A stretch of 64,000 nucleotides of DNA from positions 1-64,000 of the forward strand of contig NW_027437450.1 in the NCBI RefSeq assembly GCF_964204645.1, given 5' to 3'. The stretch is from Tubulanus polymorphus. Lineage: Eukaryota; Animalia; Nemertea. The notes under the pieces are model-generated. The model had not been told where the DNA came from, did no database searches, and was given only the letters and a program-made list of their open reading frames with translations. Made by a program: the position numbers and the translations under genes. Positions 1 to 13,039 of this stretch are shown one piece after another; positions within the stretch are counted from its first letter, which is position 1; every line of letters starts with the position of its first letter.

Positions 1-20
1 AAAATTGCCCTGCGTGATGG

Positions 21-545
21 TTATTTGACTGGATTTCTACAGCCGATTTTCATACAGAAATATTCACGAATTTCTCGTCCCAGTAAAAGATATATGTAGA
101 AATTGACCACGAAGTTGCCGACTAAAAACTGCATGAATATGTCGTGTAGGAAATCTCTCTGTTTCGGCGAAATTGGTAACAGCGAAATAACTGCTGACGG
201 GAGTAAAAATATCGCAAACGCGAGCAAAACTGTTACGAGCATTATTGTCGTACGTTTTGATTTCGTAGTTTTCTGATCGGACGAAACCATTTTTGAACCT
301 CTGAATAACTGAACTGTTCATAGCCGAAATTGATGTTCGGTGCGATATGAATGTGGACGACTGTTACGATGAAAACGATCATTCAGTAGTTGAATTCGTA
401 GAAAACATCCGATGAACCTGTCGGAAACGAACATCGACAAAATAGACGTGAGGTATAGGACCAGTATATTCACTGCAATAATCATGAATATAATAAATCT
501 AGCGAATCTAAGGTGTAAATATCAAACGAGATGTTAACGGCAAGA
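21..545 (-). pseudogene. 5'-truncated GPCR fragment (TM4-TM7) related to 49125..50081
   Basis: C-terminal 89 aa nearly identical to the 318 aa GPCR; homology stops at the (F/L)PFTSR codons; internal deletion near 340. Confidence 0.82.
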
Positions 546-2870
546 TATGACCTCTTCCCAATATATAACCCTCACGAATTTCATTGAATAATAGTTAACC
601 ATTCAAGCTGCAGGTCCAAAAATGACGCATTTCGGTCTCAGAAAGGTCATTATCCGATTTTTCTTATGATACTAGGGGCCTTTAAGCGATACATATAATA
701 ATAATACTATTAATAGTAATAATAATTTATTCAGCATAAAATCCATTTTAAATATGCTCATTGGCTTTACATCATATATAAAAAGAGAACATAGAAACAG
801 AGAAAACTAAAACGAATTTAGTTAAAAAGCTTTCGATGAACAAATGGGTTTTGAATTAAGATTTAACATCGATTGAAGGACTAGATTCAATTGGTCTTGA
901 TGGCCGTTTACAGAGACATTGTAGCAATCACAACTGAAAAATAATACCGATATACAACTTAAGTTAAAACTATGGCCATTTATAGAATTATGTTACTAAT
1001 TTGTAGTCATTGCGGAGCGTTTGGTTTTGGAACAATAATGAGGGGTGGTATAGGTAAGTCATGATTTACCACATGTTACTCTGTGTTGATGAAAATCTCG
1101 CGAGAATGGCGCAACATTGAAACCTGGCTTATCATACATATTTCTTGTACATATTCACAATTTATCCGCTATAAAGGCTCGATAAACAATTGCATGTTTA
1201 CGATCAGTATGATTAGCGCTGGCGGCGATGGTTGTCCGAAACGCGATTTCACGAGAGAGTTACCGCCATCTTGTTTGCACTGCGCATGCTCCTCCCCATT
1301 CTGTTTGTAAACACAGTCCACACATGAGCACTACACTCGCTGCGTGAGCGTATCACTCTCAAAACAAAACAAATAGCACCAGAACCCGCCAACCTGAGCA
1401 CCTTTTCAAACGATTTTACATCTACGGGATTAAATCTATTTCTGACAGCGTTTTTGCATTTCTTATTCGTTTATCGAGTGTTTCAACGTATTTATCAGCA
1501 CCGGACGACCTCCAGGGGTTAAGATGGATCTTTGAACAGATGAACAATTTTGAAATAGTGATTTTTTCCCACGTATGTTATTCATTTATTTCAACTCAAA
1601 AACCTTTGGAGAATTTTCTCATTGATCTTATTCACAGAAATAGTCGTAAAGCCTTCAAATGATCGCACGGGCGATCGCGGCCGCCCCGCTCCTGCTTGAA
1701 ATGGAAAATTAGTATCTCGCACGATGATGAGTGATCGAAAATAAAAGATGAAATATAAATCATTCGATGCTTTCAGAGAAATGCATTGGAAAATGTGGTT
1801 TGGAAATAAACTGAATGTGTTATTACCTCATTTCACATGTTGCCTCCCTCCTGGACGTATTAACTACGCTAAACTATGATCGTTGTGACCTTTGTGCTGG
1901 CCACAAATGCACACACATCACACTACACTACCCATTCGACACCCAACTACCCACAGCTTTGATATAACCATCCTATTATCTAGTGTGTTTCTCCCTGAGC
2001 TCAATTGAACTAGGTATAACAGAGTACTGAGGCAGAGTACACATCTACATATGAACCATTGAGGAAACTTGATCGTTGCAACTTCGAAATTTCCCTTGAA
2101 AACTTATAAATGTATGAAAAGTCCAGATTTCTGGGAGCAACGTGGCCAACAGAAATGCATCGTCAAGTTCGCGTCGATTTAACGTGACATTTAACATACT
2201 ATATTCGAAGAATGTATTGATTCGTGTTATCGCATTTATGATATCATATTACGGCTATTATTTCGTTGACAATTTAAGGAAATTTATCGCAGATCAACTG
2301 TATCAACTGGTCCTATATATAAACTGAATATCAAGACAATCCACCAAAGCGTCTACAAAACTTCCCAAATTGACTGGATTCCGTCTACAGATGAACGAAC
2401 AGTAACGAAAAGTGAACGCAATTTCCCGCTTGGACTTAAGTCCCTAATGGACTAAAAAGCGATGTATTTAATTTTGAACTCCTTCCACCCTCTTCGCTCG
2501 CATCTCCCCTTTAAACAGCATAAAGATCGCCAAAAACACACGAATGAAGATTAGTTGAATGTTGAAAGGGGGTATGACGATAGGGATTTCAATTTTGTAA
2601 CATATTTCTATAGAACATTGATTTCAACATCAAAATCGTTGACGTTGCACAATATAAAATAGCATATATTTTTGCACCGAACTTCGATATTTCATCACCT
2701 GCTCTGCTTGGGATTCGAATTTTCGAAAATAAAAATGGTTAAAAACTCCCGGAAGCTATATTTGATTACCGGGTCTCGGTCGACTAGGTCTTTGATGAAA
2801 TAACGTTATTATATTTGCACCCAAACAGTCTGTTAAAATACGCAACGTTATTTACAGACGGCCTATTTTG

Positions 2871-2944
2871 TATATAACCACAAGCATCAGAGGCGCAGAC
2901 GACATCGAACACACAGCGACGTGAACAGTCATCAAACCGTAAGT
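2871..2944 (+). promoter_or_regulatory. Putative TATA box and non-coding first exon of A1 (donor at 2939; matching acceptor atatag ending at 4673)
   Basis: TATATAA at 2871, followed ~65 nt later by AAACC|GTAAGT. The same arrangement occurs upstream of A2 (19011/19079), A3 (39084/39152), A4 (53223/53291) and A5 (59936/60004). The homologous exon and donor also occur before B1 (6770) and C (46193). Confidence 0.6.
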
Positions 2945-4717
2945 AATGAATCAGGGAGGAAAAGTTTGCAGAAAATTGTTCAAGCGAATGATTTGGTTTA
3001 ATTTATTTCGGTGACTTCGTGTGTCCAATGAAGACCACAACAATATTCCAAGACCATAACCGTTTTTGCGCATATTTAAGCTTTTCTAGAATCTGGGCAC
3101 TGTTGGGCTCGTCACAAAAAAAAATAATTGTGAATGATTTAGAGAGCATCTCAACATTTCGATAGTTTTTTTCAATTAGAATAACTCACGGAGGGGGTTG
3201 GGATGGGGGGGGGGGTAGGTTTACCGCGATATGATCACGACTACCGAATATCGATCATTACTATATGTTTTGAGTACTAATCAAAAAGCTGCTTGTTCGG
3301 AAAAACATGCACTCTTTGTAAGCTCTTTGTTCACTTTGTAAAACATGCACTCTTTACGAGAAATTTGTAGAGGCGTTTTTGTTTATTAAGTCTCTTAGAG
3401 TTTAAAAGCTTTTAACAGATTTCTTTCATGATTTTTTGATTAAAAGTTGTGATCAAGATACATTCGTCAGAGCTTATCTTTGAATGTGGTCTTGGGCATG
3501 TGTCTGATCAAAGTGGGTTGGGGGCAAAACGAATAAAGACAGTTATACTAATTGATGCGTCAACTATTGAAATCTTGGGAGACTACCATAGTCATTGGGT
3601 TGGTGCGCGAGCTAATACGGGGTCACTGGAGACTGGGATTGGCTACGAATGTCGTGATTGTGTAATTCACGGAGCCTCCCCTGTTGCGTGAAATCATCGA
3701 TATGTGGTCGGTGAGATCGAATTCAGTAACTGATTTGGGAAAATACCATTATGTAGAAAAAGAAGGACCGTTTTGAGGCCGCACCGAGCTTTATTGAGGG
3801 GGAGTTCTATTTCATGAAAAAGGCACTTTTTCACCAGGAAAAATAACACTTACCTTAATACCATAAGCGGAGATCTTGAAACGATTTTCTGAGTACTTGA
3901 ATAAATCATTTGTGAATGGATTCTTTTCATTTTTTTTTTCATTTTCCAAAATAAAACGAAAATTGTAAACAAATTTTGACGAAAAAGATCTTAACCCGAA
4001 TTTTTTTTCAAACTGACTTTTGAAGGGCACTATGAAAATTTTAGGGTTCGTTCACTACCACTGAACACCCTCGATACACGGAAAACACCCGTAACACGGT
4101 CTCTTCTCTACACGTCTGAACTATCCTCGCATGCCAGGGTTTGATTGCCTCACGGCTTAGGGGCCACCAGTCTTGAATTAACCCAATGATATGCGATGGT
4201 TTTCACCGGCAGATTCCCTACGCATCCCTGATTGGGTACATAGACTGGTGGCCGCTTAGCGGTTCGACGGTTCCTGGCTGGCAAGAGCGCACTTTTGATA
4301 ACAATAACGATTTCACGCGGGGACAATACATATCTCAATTATCTGTCGGTTATTTGTAAATGCCAAAACACCGAAGTGGTACCTGCAGCGAGTGAGGGTG
4401 ACATCTGACGCCCATTTTATTTTTTTCATATGATAGATTATTCAATGATTCGACTGGCGTGTTTCAGTGGGTTTAGGCATCGGAAAACGAATGAAATATC
4501 CAAACGTTTGATTTTACAATATTTTGTATTTATGAACATCATTATCATTATTAAGTATCTTAATCGCCTTTGCGGCCGATCACATGTGCGTTCATCATAG
4601 GAATCGGGCCTGAAACAGGGTGAATGCAGGTTGCCGTAGAATTCGCCAGTTAATTTCTTAATGATTCATATAGGTATCATTTGATTTAGTGAAAAGTTAC
4701 TGAACGCTATCACCACG

Positions 4718-5535
4718 ATGAAGTCGATCATTGCATTATTATGTAAGTAATTCGTTATAATACTGTAATTCCATGAGTATCTCACGACTTTTTCACGATA
4801 TACAATGGAGGGATTTCCCTAATTTTATGTATGTTTTTCAAGTCGTAGCGGTTGTTGGTGTCGCATTTGCGCGTTACACGGTCGAACAGTACCAGACAAT
4901 GTGTAGTCAACATTGCGATAGAGAATCGGGAAGGGTCACCGACCTGACTGAGAGAGCAAAGCTTTTACAAACTTGTAAAAGGTAAGTTAAATTTTCTAGT
5001 GATCAGTAGAATATTCTTGCCGTATAATCACTCAGCGTGTTCATCCTACGTACGCGGGCGGCAAACAAACCCCGGCAAGCGAGGGTATGTTGTACCTAGA
5101 GGTACGTATAGATCCAATAGCTAAATGATCTCCAGATATCGTTTTGAATCTCGTCCAGGTTCAGTAGGCCATTTTCACAAAATCACGTCACTGAAAAAAA
5201 AAATTGTAAGTGCCTAGTTCTGTCGCTAGGTGGCGAATTGGGGCCATTCAAGTTTCATCGAGATCCACACACCATAAACGAAGCTAAGCATCCGAACCAA
5301 TAACGCGTCTATTGATATCTAGCTCTAGCTTAAACCTATATTTGGGGGAGGGACTCAAGTTGTAGAGGATGTTTGAATGAAAGAGATAACTAATCTTTGC
5401 ATTTTCATTTTCAGCCATTGTCAGAAAACCGCAATGTGTATAAGATCAAAGTGCGGCGGGTCGATTCAATCTGCAGAGGATATGTGTTTTGTGAACTGCC
5501 AGCGTGCTGCTGCGCAAGCTTGCATGACTTCGTAA
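4718..5535 (+). CDS. Secreted Cys-rich CxxxC protein, type A copy 1 (94 aa); join(4718..4742,4843..4981,5415..5535)
   Basis: Canonical splice sites (T|gtaagt, tttttcaag|, AG|gtaagt, ttttcattttcag|) give the open frame MKSIIALLFVAVVGVAFA-RYTVEQYQTMCSQHCDRESGRVTDLTERAKLLQTCKSHCQKTAMCIRSKCGGSIQSAEDMCFVNCQRAAAQACMTS*. Signal peptide with A-x-A site; Kozak-like ccacgATG; AATAAA overlaps the stop; same exon phases in all 9 paralogs. Confidence 0.9.
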
Positions 5536-7162
5536 ATAAACGTATTCTGCAAATCTAACACAATTGACAGCATGTTTCTCGTATATTTTGACTAGGGATG
5601 AATTTATGTTTTGTACTCCAACAGTCGTTTGGAATGTTAGGAATGAAATGTTTCATCCGCCCGAAGCTGAGGGCTCCGCTTCGTTGGCTGCCGGGTTGCT
5701 CCATATCGATAGAAAAATTGGATCCGTTGTCATTTTTACAAAAATCGACTGCTCGGCTGTTTTGCATTCTCGTGTTTAACAATTTTCCAGGCGCCATGTT
5801 TTTTGCTACCCGCTGGGTCCGCATGGTTGCATTTTCTTTCATATACCAATATCAAACACGCTGATATACTTACCTTTAACTCCAGGTTAAAAGGTAAAAA
5901 AAACAACAACATAACCTTGTACTTACGTTAAAGTTTGACAATTGCATACGATCAATGATAGGTTTACCTATACCTAAAGAAATTCTCAACTCAACAGTTG
6001 TTATTTTCACGATTAGTGTAAAAATATTTTTTTTTACAAACTGATAGAATAAGGTTCCTGATCACTCCAGACAATTTTCAACTACATTCCAAAGTTATCG
6101 TACTGGTTTACTGATTTACAAGTGTGACTGAGCCAGAATTGTTCGCAATAAAGATACTCTAATTTACACTTGCTGTGGATTCGACTAGGATGACACAACT
6201 TCACGCGAGACATGACACAAAAAAACATTGTTAAAAAAAGCTCAAAACGTTTTTCAGAATGTTTTTCGGCGTGCTTTTGATTAAGAATATCTATTGCATT
6301 TTGCAAAACGACCCGGCCGCTTAGGAGAAACAATGTATCATTTTCTAAGCCTAATGGTACGACTATGCTGGAGATATGCGAAATTGAAAGTATTTCGCTA
6401 TTCCTCATAAAGAATGTCGGTCTAAGATTCAAGATGAGTTGAATGTAATGAGTGGAGGATGACGATAGGGATTTCAATTTTGTAATATGTACGGTTTGAT
6501 AAGATATTGATTTCAATATTTCATTCGGTTTTGTTTTTTTAGAAAATATGAAATTAAGCATATTTTCCAATGAAGTTTAATTTTCGCCACCTGCCTCGCT
6601 TAGGATTCGAATTTCCGTACTTCCTCATCGTAACGCTATTGAAAGTGGTATTTGATTACCAGATCGGTGGGTACGTTCTCCGGAGAGAGTATATTATTGA
6701 TTTACACTCTAACAGTCATCAGAGGCGCAGACGACAGCGAACATACAGAACTTTGTACGTCGGTAAACCGTAAGTAACGTTTTCGTAGTCCCCGGTAAAG
6801 TCTGTGGTTTAGCTACACGATCAGGTATTTTCACAAACACAAGACCGTCAGATTATAAAAGCTTACCACCAACGATTGGGTAACTATCTAATGTTTTCGG
6901 AGGTTGAGGCTAGAAATATTTTCAAAAGCTATGTGCGGTACTTTTGTCTGAAATCATCGAAAACTGTATTTGAATTACTTGTATGGCCGCGATGAGGACT
7001 GATGCTGCAACCGACGCGGTCACATGACGTCACGTGTTTATTCTAAAAATAAGGCTTAAAATACGCTGATTGTAGGTTTTCATAGAAATTAGCAGTTTAC
7101 TTCTTTATGATTTGTCGTTTTTATGTCACTGCAGATTTAACATATCGAACGCTATCGACACG

Positions 7163-8213
7163 ATGAAGTCGGTCATCGCATTTTTGTGTAAGTATTTTTT
7201 ATTATAGAAATACTGCGATTGCGGGAGTAATTCTTGACTAACCCCTATTTTGTGATAACTTGTGGTTGGATTTTTTTCAAGTTGTAGCAGTTCTCGGCGT
7301 CACGTTCGCGAGTTACACGGCCGAATATTACCTGAAAACGTGTAAACAATATTGCGTCACTGAAACAAATAAAATTTCTAATCGCAGATGGAGGAAGGTG
7401 CTGTTACGACAGTGTAAAGGGTACGTTAAGTTTTCTAGTCGGCATTAGTAAAATATCTCAGACGTGATCGGGTGTACACCGCTTTAATCGCTAATTCCTT
7501 ATGAGGCGCAAGCCGTAGGCAACAACGGTTCCCGGGACTCGAACCCTCCCCCCGAAATTCCCATGCGTTAGTTCCCGTAGTATATTTGTATTTTGTATCT
7601 AGGGCCAGTAGCTAACTATTTTTGAGATGGCGTTTTGAATTTCGATCCGTCTGCAATGTCGGTCGCTGAAAAATAAAGTTTTTAATGCCTTTTTCTGCTG
7701 CTAGGTGGCGCGCTGGGTCCATCTAAGGGTAAATAGTATATTATGTACATAAGTGTGAGCCCAGTTTCTTAAGTTTCAAAGGCTTTAATGACCGTTTACA
7801 TAATTAATTGCAAATACTGTTTTTGTCCTCCACGGAAATGGTTGCAGTGTAATAAATATTCGTAGTATCATCAGCATCGACCCCACTATTAACGAAGCTA
7901 AAGCAACTGAAAGACGGACAAGACGGACGGACAGTACATACAATAAGGGTCTCAATGAAGCCCGAAAACTATTAACGCATCTATCGATATCTAGTTCTAA
8001 ATTCTGGCTTTATATAACGTAACTTGCGCAAAAATAATTTGTCTATAGATTTAGATGATGTTGAATGAGATTTCTAATCACTGAATTTATATTTTCAGCG
8101 AGTGTAAGACCATCGCTCATTGTGTTATGTTGATCTGTCCGGTAGTGATGCAGACCCAATCTGAAATGGATAAATGTATGGGGGATTGTCAGCGTATTTT
8201 GTCCCCGTTTTGA
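7163..8213 (+). CDS. Secreted Cys-rich CxxxC protein, type B copy 1 (92 aa); join(7163..7187,7282..7420,8099..8213)
   Basis: GT-AG introns in the same phases (1, 2) as type A. MKSVIAFLFVAVLGVTFA-SYTAEYYLKTCKQYCVTETNKISNRRWRKVLLRQCKGECKTIAHCVMLICPVVMQTQSEMDKCMGDCQRILSPF*; 8 Cys; AATAAA at ~8230 and ~8249. Confidence 0.88.
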
Positions 8214-10767
8214 ATTTGCACCGACGTTCAATAAATAATGGCTTCGCGAATAAATGTTTTCTGAAAATCGAAGACAATTGACAACCTTTTTCTCGTATAT
8301 TTTATACTAAGATGACACAACTTCAAGCGAGACAGGAAATATGACACAACTAACATTATTTAAAAGCTCAAAAGGTTATTTTCTTAAAATGAAACTAGGG
8401 TCTGAAGTCTTGGGAATCGGTCTGAAATGCTGTATAGTCTGACAACGTCAATATTGTACACAATCTGGACAACAACGACGAACAAAACCGAAAATTTTCC
8501 CCAGACCCCCTTCTATTCCTAAAAACGAACTCCCCCCAAACAATCCTGGGGATGCCCATGGTGATACCACCTAGTACAAACGAATGTACCATTTCAACTT
8601 TTTGAGCTGTTAACTTGACCATGGATTCATACATAGTTTGGCTGGAGAATGCTTTGGTTTATACAAATCCAATGAATCTAATTAGGACGAACGTTGACAA
8701 TTTAGCGACTTCTCGTACTAACTAACATATGATGCAAAACTACACTACATTAGAATAGATTATCATTCTAGTTAACTCGGACTAACTTTAGTGCAATTAG
8801 CCCCTAGAATGTAATGATATTCGTTTTAGTGCCGGGCAACTGTAGTGCAAGGGCTTCTCGGCAAATTGCAACAACCGAAGATTCTATGACAAGTAACGAT
8901 CTGCATCAAGCGGTTTGGTCCTCGTTGCTACGGAATTTCTAATGCCTTACTTGAATGCTCCCTTAAGTGAAAAAGAATAACTAGCTACCGTACACGTCTT
9001 TATTTTATATGTACAATCATTTATTCATAAAAACATCGTAGATGTTATCGTACGTTTCATTTATTGTCAATCATCTTCCTCTCCAAACCACCATAGTATC
9101 ATCAACTTCATCTTCATCATCAAAATCACTGCTGTCATCGTCAAATATATCTAAATGATCTTCTTCAGCCGTATTCATCTTAAAAACAGCTAAACACTCT
9201 CGAGGAAAATCAGTTTTCTTATTCTGAATCGCATTGCCTGAAAATAAGAATTAGAACAATTTTTTTGACGTTACCATTTAAGATCTCTTACATAAGGCAA
9301 AGAAGGAACATTTTTGATAGACCATCTCTCTGAAACTTTGATAAGGGGTCCAGGGGCACCATGCCCACTTGGTCAAATGCTTGACATTGAGACAATTTAG
9401 ATATCGATGCTCCCCCTGGTGAACAAATATAGAAATACCAAGTTTTTCCGCTATTCAATGCCCCCTGATGTCAAGATACAGAATCTAATAAGCTTGACAT
9501 TCAATACAATCATAAACTCGAGGTCCAGGGACATCATGCATTCTTGGGAGGTGGTTTGAAATGTTCAATACGTATCTAACAGATTCAATATTCAACGCCC
9601 CCTGGTAAGCATATACAAAAAACCAATGACCTTTAAACTTGCCCCAATCATAGAACATGCTATGAACTATAATTTTGCAAATGGTTATGGTTACAAACCA
9701 TACCCATGTAGGCCTACCGATAAAATATAGAAATATCAAGTTATTCAACAATATTCAATGCCCCCTGAGCCCGGTAACCATGAAACCCGATGAATTGAAA
9801 CTCAAAACAATCATAGAACATGTCATGAAGTACAACTTTGCAATGGATTGTGGTTACAGAATATGCATCGGTACCGATATCAATCAGGAAAATTGTATGA
9901 TTTTATATTCAGCTCCCCCTGGTGGCGAGAAGTATTAATGAAACCCCATTTCCACGGGAGGGGATAAATCCTATGAAGTGCTTAGAATTATCAAATACCA
10001 AGACTTTAACTTAACCTGTTGATATTTTCCTCAAAAAACATTTTCCATCTACAAATAAGATGACACTAAGATTGCGTGACAGTTGACTGATCGAAAAATG
10101 TCTGGTAGATCCCTTCCCATAGTAGGCCTACATCCATCACAAATTCCTATGGTTGCAAGTTCCAATTGGGCTTAAGAGGCCTTGCTTGATAGGCCTATAT
10201 ATTCCAAAGCCCACGAATAGCCTCAAATTAAAAAAAAAGTCAGCAGGGCCTCTACTACTACTATCCGCATTAATAGTTCTACCTAAAAAAATGCTATATT
10301 TAGCTAGGTAGGGCAGAGCCTGTATCAAACCGAACGAACATAAATTTCCACTGGCCTATCAGCACCTTAAGAAGGTGCCATAAGGCTATAGCTAGGGTAG
10401 CTAGGCTTCGAAAAGGCTGAATGAAAAAAAAACAGGTGCCGGTGGTGGTGGGGAATCGATCCTTTCAGCTTTTACAGGTCTACACTACAGCCCTATTTTC
10501 ACAACATCAATTTTTCTAGACCGTGACATTTTTCCGTATCTTCTCTTTATTCAGTGAGGTGTCAAAGCCTGCATCACTTTGGTTTCTTTAGTCAAAAATA
10601 GGCCTAAAAATATTAAATACGCATCTTTCTCCATGATTTGAGTGTACAACGCGCCATATGACCTTGAGAAATCAACACCAGTACCGTACGCGATACACTT
10701 GCCACAGCTGGATCGCTACCGTAAAATAGAGAACGGTTCGTTGAATGTTACGTTCGTTCTATCATAG

Positions 10768-11453
10768 CCTCTCCGTCTCCGTCTCCGTCTCCGTCTCCGT
10801 CTCCGTCTCCTTCTCCCTCTCCCTCTCCTTCTCCCTCTCCCTCTCCCTCTCCGTCTCCGTCTCCGTCTCCGTCTCCGTCTCCGTCTCCGTCTCCGTCTCC
10901 TTCTCCCTCTCCCTCTCCCTCTCCCTCTCCCTCTCCCTCTCCCTCTCCCTCTCCGTCTCCGTCTCCGTCTCCGTCTCCGTCCAGAGGCGGATCCAGACCG
11001 TATTAGCCGTATTGCCCAATACGGTCTAGAATTTTTAAGTGCCCTTCGAAATTTCACCGGCAATATTTTTAAAGGCATTATTTCAGCAACCGCTCATTCC
11101 GTGTCCGGGTCGTTTATTCTGAATTGCTCTGAAGAAGCCCTCTAAAAGCCTTTAAATGGTACCATATTTTCAAAATTTTCTGGGGGAGGGCCACCATACC
11201 CCCTTCGAAGGACTTCGCGCCTTCGGCACTCGCATTGACCTGGATACTGGGTGTGCCCTAAGATCAGAAAGGTGCCCTTAAATTTTCTTCCAATACTGTC
11301 TACCCATCCCCCTGGATCCGCCCCTGCCGTCTCCGTCTCCCTCTCCGTCTCCGTCTCCGTCTCCCTCTCCGTCTCCCTCTCCCTCTCCCTCTCCCTCTCC
11401 CGCTCCCTCTCCCTCTCCCTCTCCCTCTCCATCTCCCTCTCCCTCTCTCTCTC
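10768..11453. repeat. (CTCCGT)/(CTCCCT)n compound microsatellite interrupted by a MITE
   Basis: Direct reading; explains the poly-R, SV and ER ORFs. Confidence 0.97.
10982..11326. mobile_element. MITE with 15-bp TIRs (hAT-like CAGGG ends) inserted in a hexanucleotide microsatellite
   Basis: cagaggcggatccag ... ctggatccgcccctg (1 mismatch); absent from the duplicate near 26160. A TSD cannot be resolved inside the repeat. Confidence 0.75.
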
Positions 11454-11671
11454 TAGCATTCATATGCTATTGGATGGTCGTCCAGGTCGTGAGTACCGGT
11501 ATATAACTTTCTACTGGTGGTGAAAAATATTGCAGCTTTCGTTTAAAGTGGAAGTTTTGGGTCACGCCGTGTATTTGTTAAGCTCTCTGTCTGTATAACA
11601 GTGGCTGCAGCGGCGGCTCACCTGACTATATTTCACATGCAGACAGGATACCACGCTGGAGACCAGTCGAC

Positions 11672-13039
11672 ATGAAACTAACATTTCCATCGCCGCCGCT
11701 GTTGATGTCACTGCCGCTGCTTATCGTGTTGTTCAGGTTTCCTGTCGCACTAGGTACGTTCACAACAAACAAAAATGCAAAAATGCAAATTAAAAAAGAA
11801 TAAAAAATAATAATTCAAAAGAATTTAAAGGATAAAATACAAAACTAATTTGTAGATAGTGGGTTTTTATCTTATTGGCATAACAGGTCTTCACGTGAAC
11901 ACTTAGTCTATTTGATACTTGCCATATAATAACAACGTACGGAAAAACAGAAAGTTCACGAACTTGCAGGGTCTGTCATTGTCCGTGTTTGATCATCAAT
12001 ATGACTTCGTTACCCGTAACAGTACACGACTGTTAGACCTCTTTCCTTGAGAGGACACTAACTAAAATGTATTCTTCCAGACTTCCTATTGTAAAAACGA
12101 CTATCCGTTCTCAATTTCAGGTGCAAAGACAAACGAGGAGGCGCCGCATCGCGCTCAAGTATTGATCCTAGGCGCAGGCGCTGCCGGTAATTCAGCCACT
12201 AAATATATACACGATCACGGAGTCAAAGACTTCGTTATCATTGACGCCGAGAACCGAATCGGGGGCAGAGTGAAAGCTTCCGAGTTCGGTGGTAAGATAG
12301 TCGACCCGCTGTGGGATTTGGCCAAAAATTTGACGACTCTATCTCAACGAAACGATAACGCGGGTTAGTTATGACGGTCAAGGTGTCAAGGTCAAGACTA
12401 AGTCCGGAACGACCTTCAGCGGTGACTACGCGATCTGTACGTTCAGTATCGGAGTCATGCAAAGCGACGCCGTCAAATTCGTACCCAGATTTCCCGAAAA
12501 TAAGCAAATGGCATTTAACGATGGGAACCTACACGAAAATATTCATGCGATTTAACGCCTCTGCGCAACGATTCTGGGACGATGAAGAATATATTCTGTA
12601 CGCACATCCGACAAGAGGTTACTACGCGATGTGGCAGAATCTGGAAGCCGTAGGTCTCCATCCGGCTGGTACGAATATACTTCTAGTATCTGTATTCGAC
12701 GACGAGGCCGATCGAGTATCCCGTCTGCCCGTAGCGACTGTTAAAGCTGAGTTAACCGCCGTATTGAGAAGCATGTACGGAGCGCAGGTGCCCGAACCCG
12801 TTGAGATCCTGGTACACGACTGGCATACTAGCCCTCTCTATTACGGCTCCTTCTCCAACTGGCCCCCGTGGATGTCCGCTGATACGCACGCTCTGATGGG
12901 CGCTTCTTTAAATCATACGTTGTATTTCGCGGGTGAAGCGTACTCGGCCGGATATTATGGTTATCTTCACGGAGCCATGCATTCCGGAAACCAGACAGCG
13001 CAACAGATCATCTCCTCAATGGGACTAAAATCAGCGTGA
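11672..13039 (+). pseudogene. Secreted FAD-dependent polyamine oxidase-like pseudogene, copy 1; exons 11672..11753 and 12121..13039
   Basis: Exon 1 encodes a signal peptide MKLTFPSPPLLMSLPLLIVLFRFPVALG (G|gtacgt...tttcag|). Exon 2 has VLILGAGAAG (GxGxxG), RIGGRV and YFAGEA...GYLHGA. Relative to copy 2 it lacks ~36 nt (ELGAN motif) and ~0.4 kb. Confidence 0.88.

Larger units (their letters stand above)
2..6923. repeat. Segmental duplication unit, counterpart of 57074..64000
   Basis: Collinear near-identical sequence: GPCR fragment, spacer, type A gene and type B upstream region. Confidence 0.93.

Noticed and set aside
4773-4985. Single-exon ORFs such as 4773..4985, 7260..7448, 23346..23585, 40930..41142 and 43404..43649 as complete genes
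   Set aside because: They are exon 2 of the spliced peptide genes read through into flanking introns.
4718-5535. Naming the peptides as a known toxin (neurotoxin B, parborlysin/cytolysin, conotoxin) or assigning a species
   Set aside because: Only generic CxxxC helical resemblance; the spacing differs and no database search was possible.
6082-6570. Recurrent intergenic ORFs (MRNSEILS..., MIKIHSSE..., MRYVLSPR..., MQMVMVTN...)
   Set aside because: They recur only because the DNA is recently duplicated; several are frameshifted between copies and none has a recognisable domain.
10716-11523. Poly-R, SV and ER ORFs
   Set aside because: Translations of the (CTCCGT/CTCCCT)n microsatellite and an inserted MITE.
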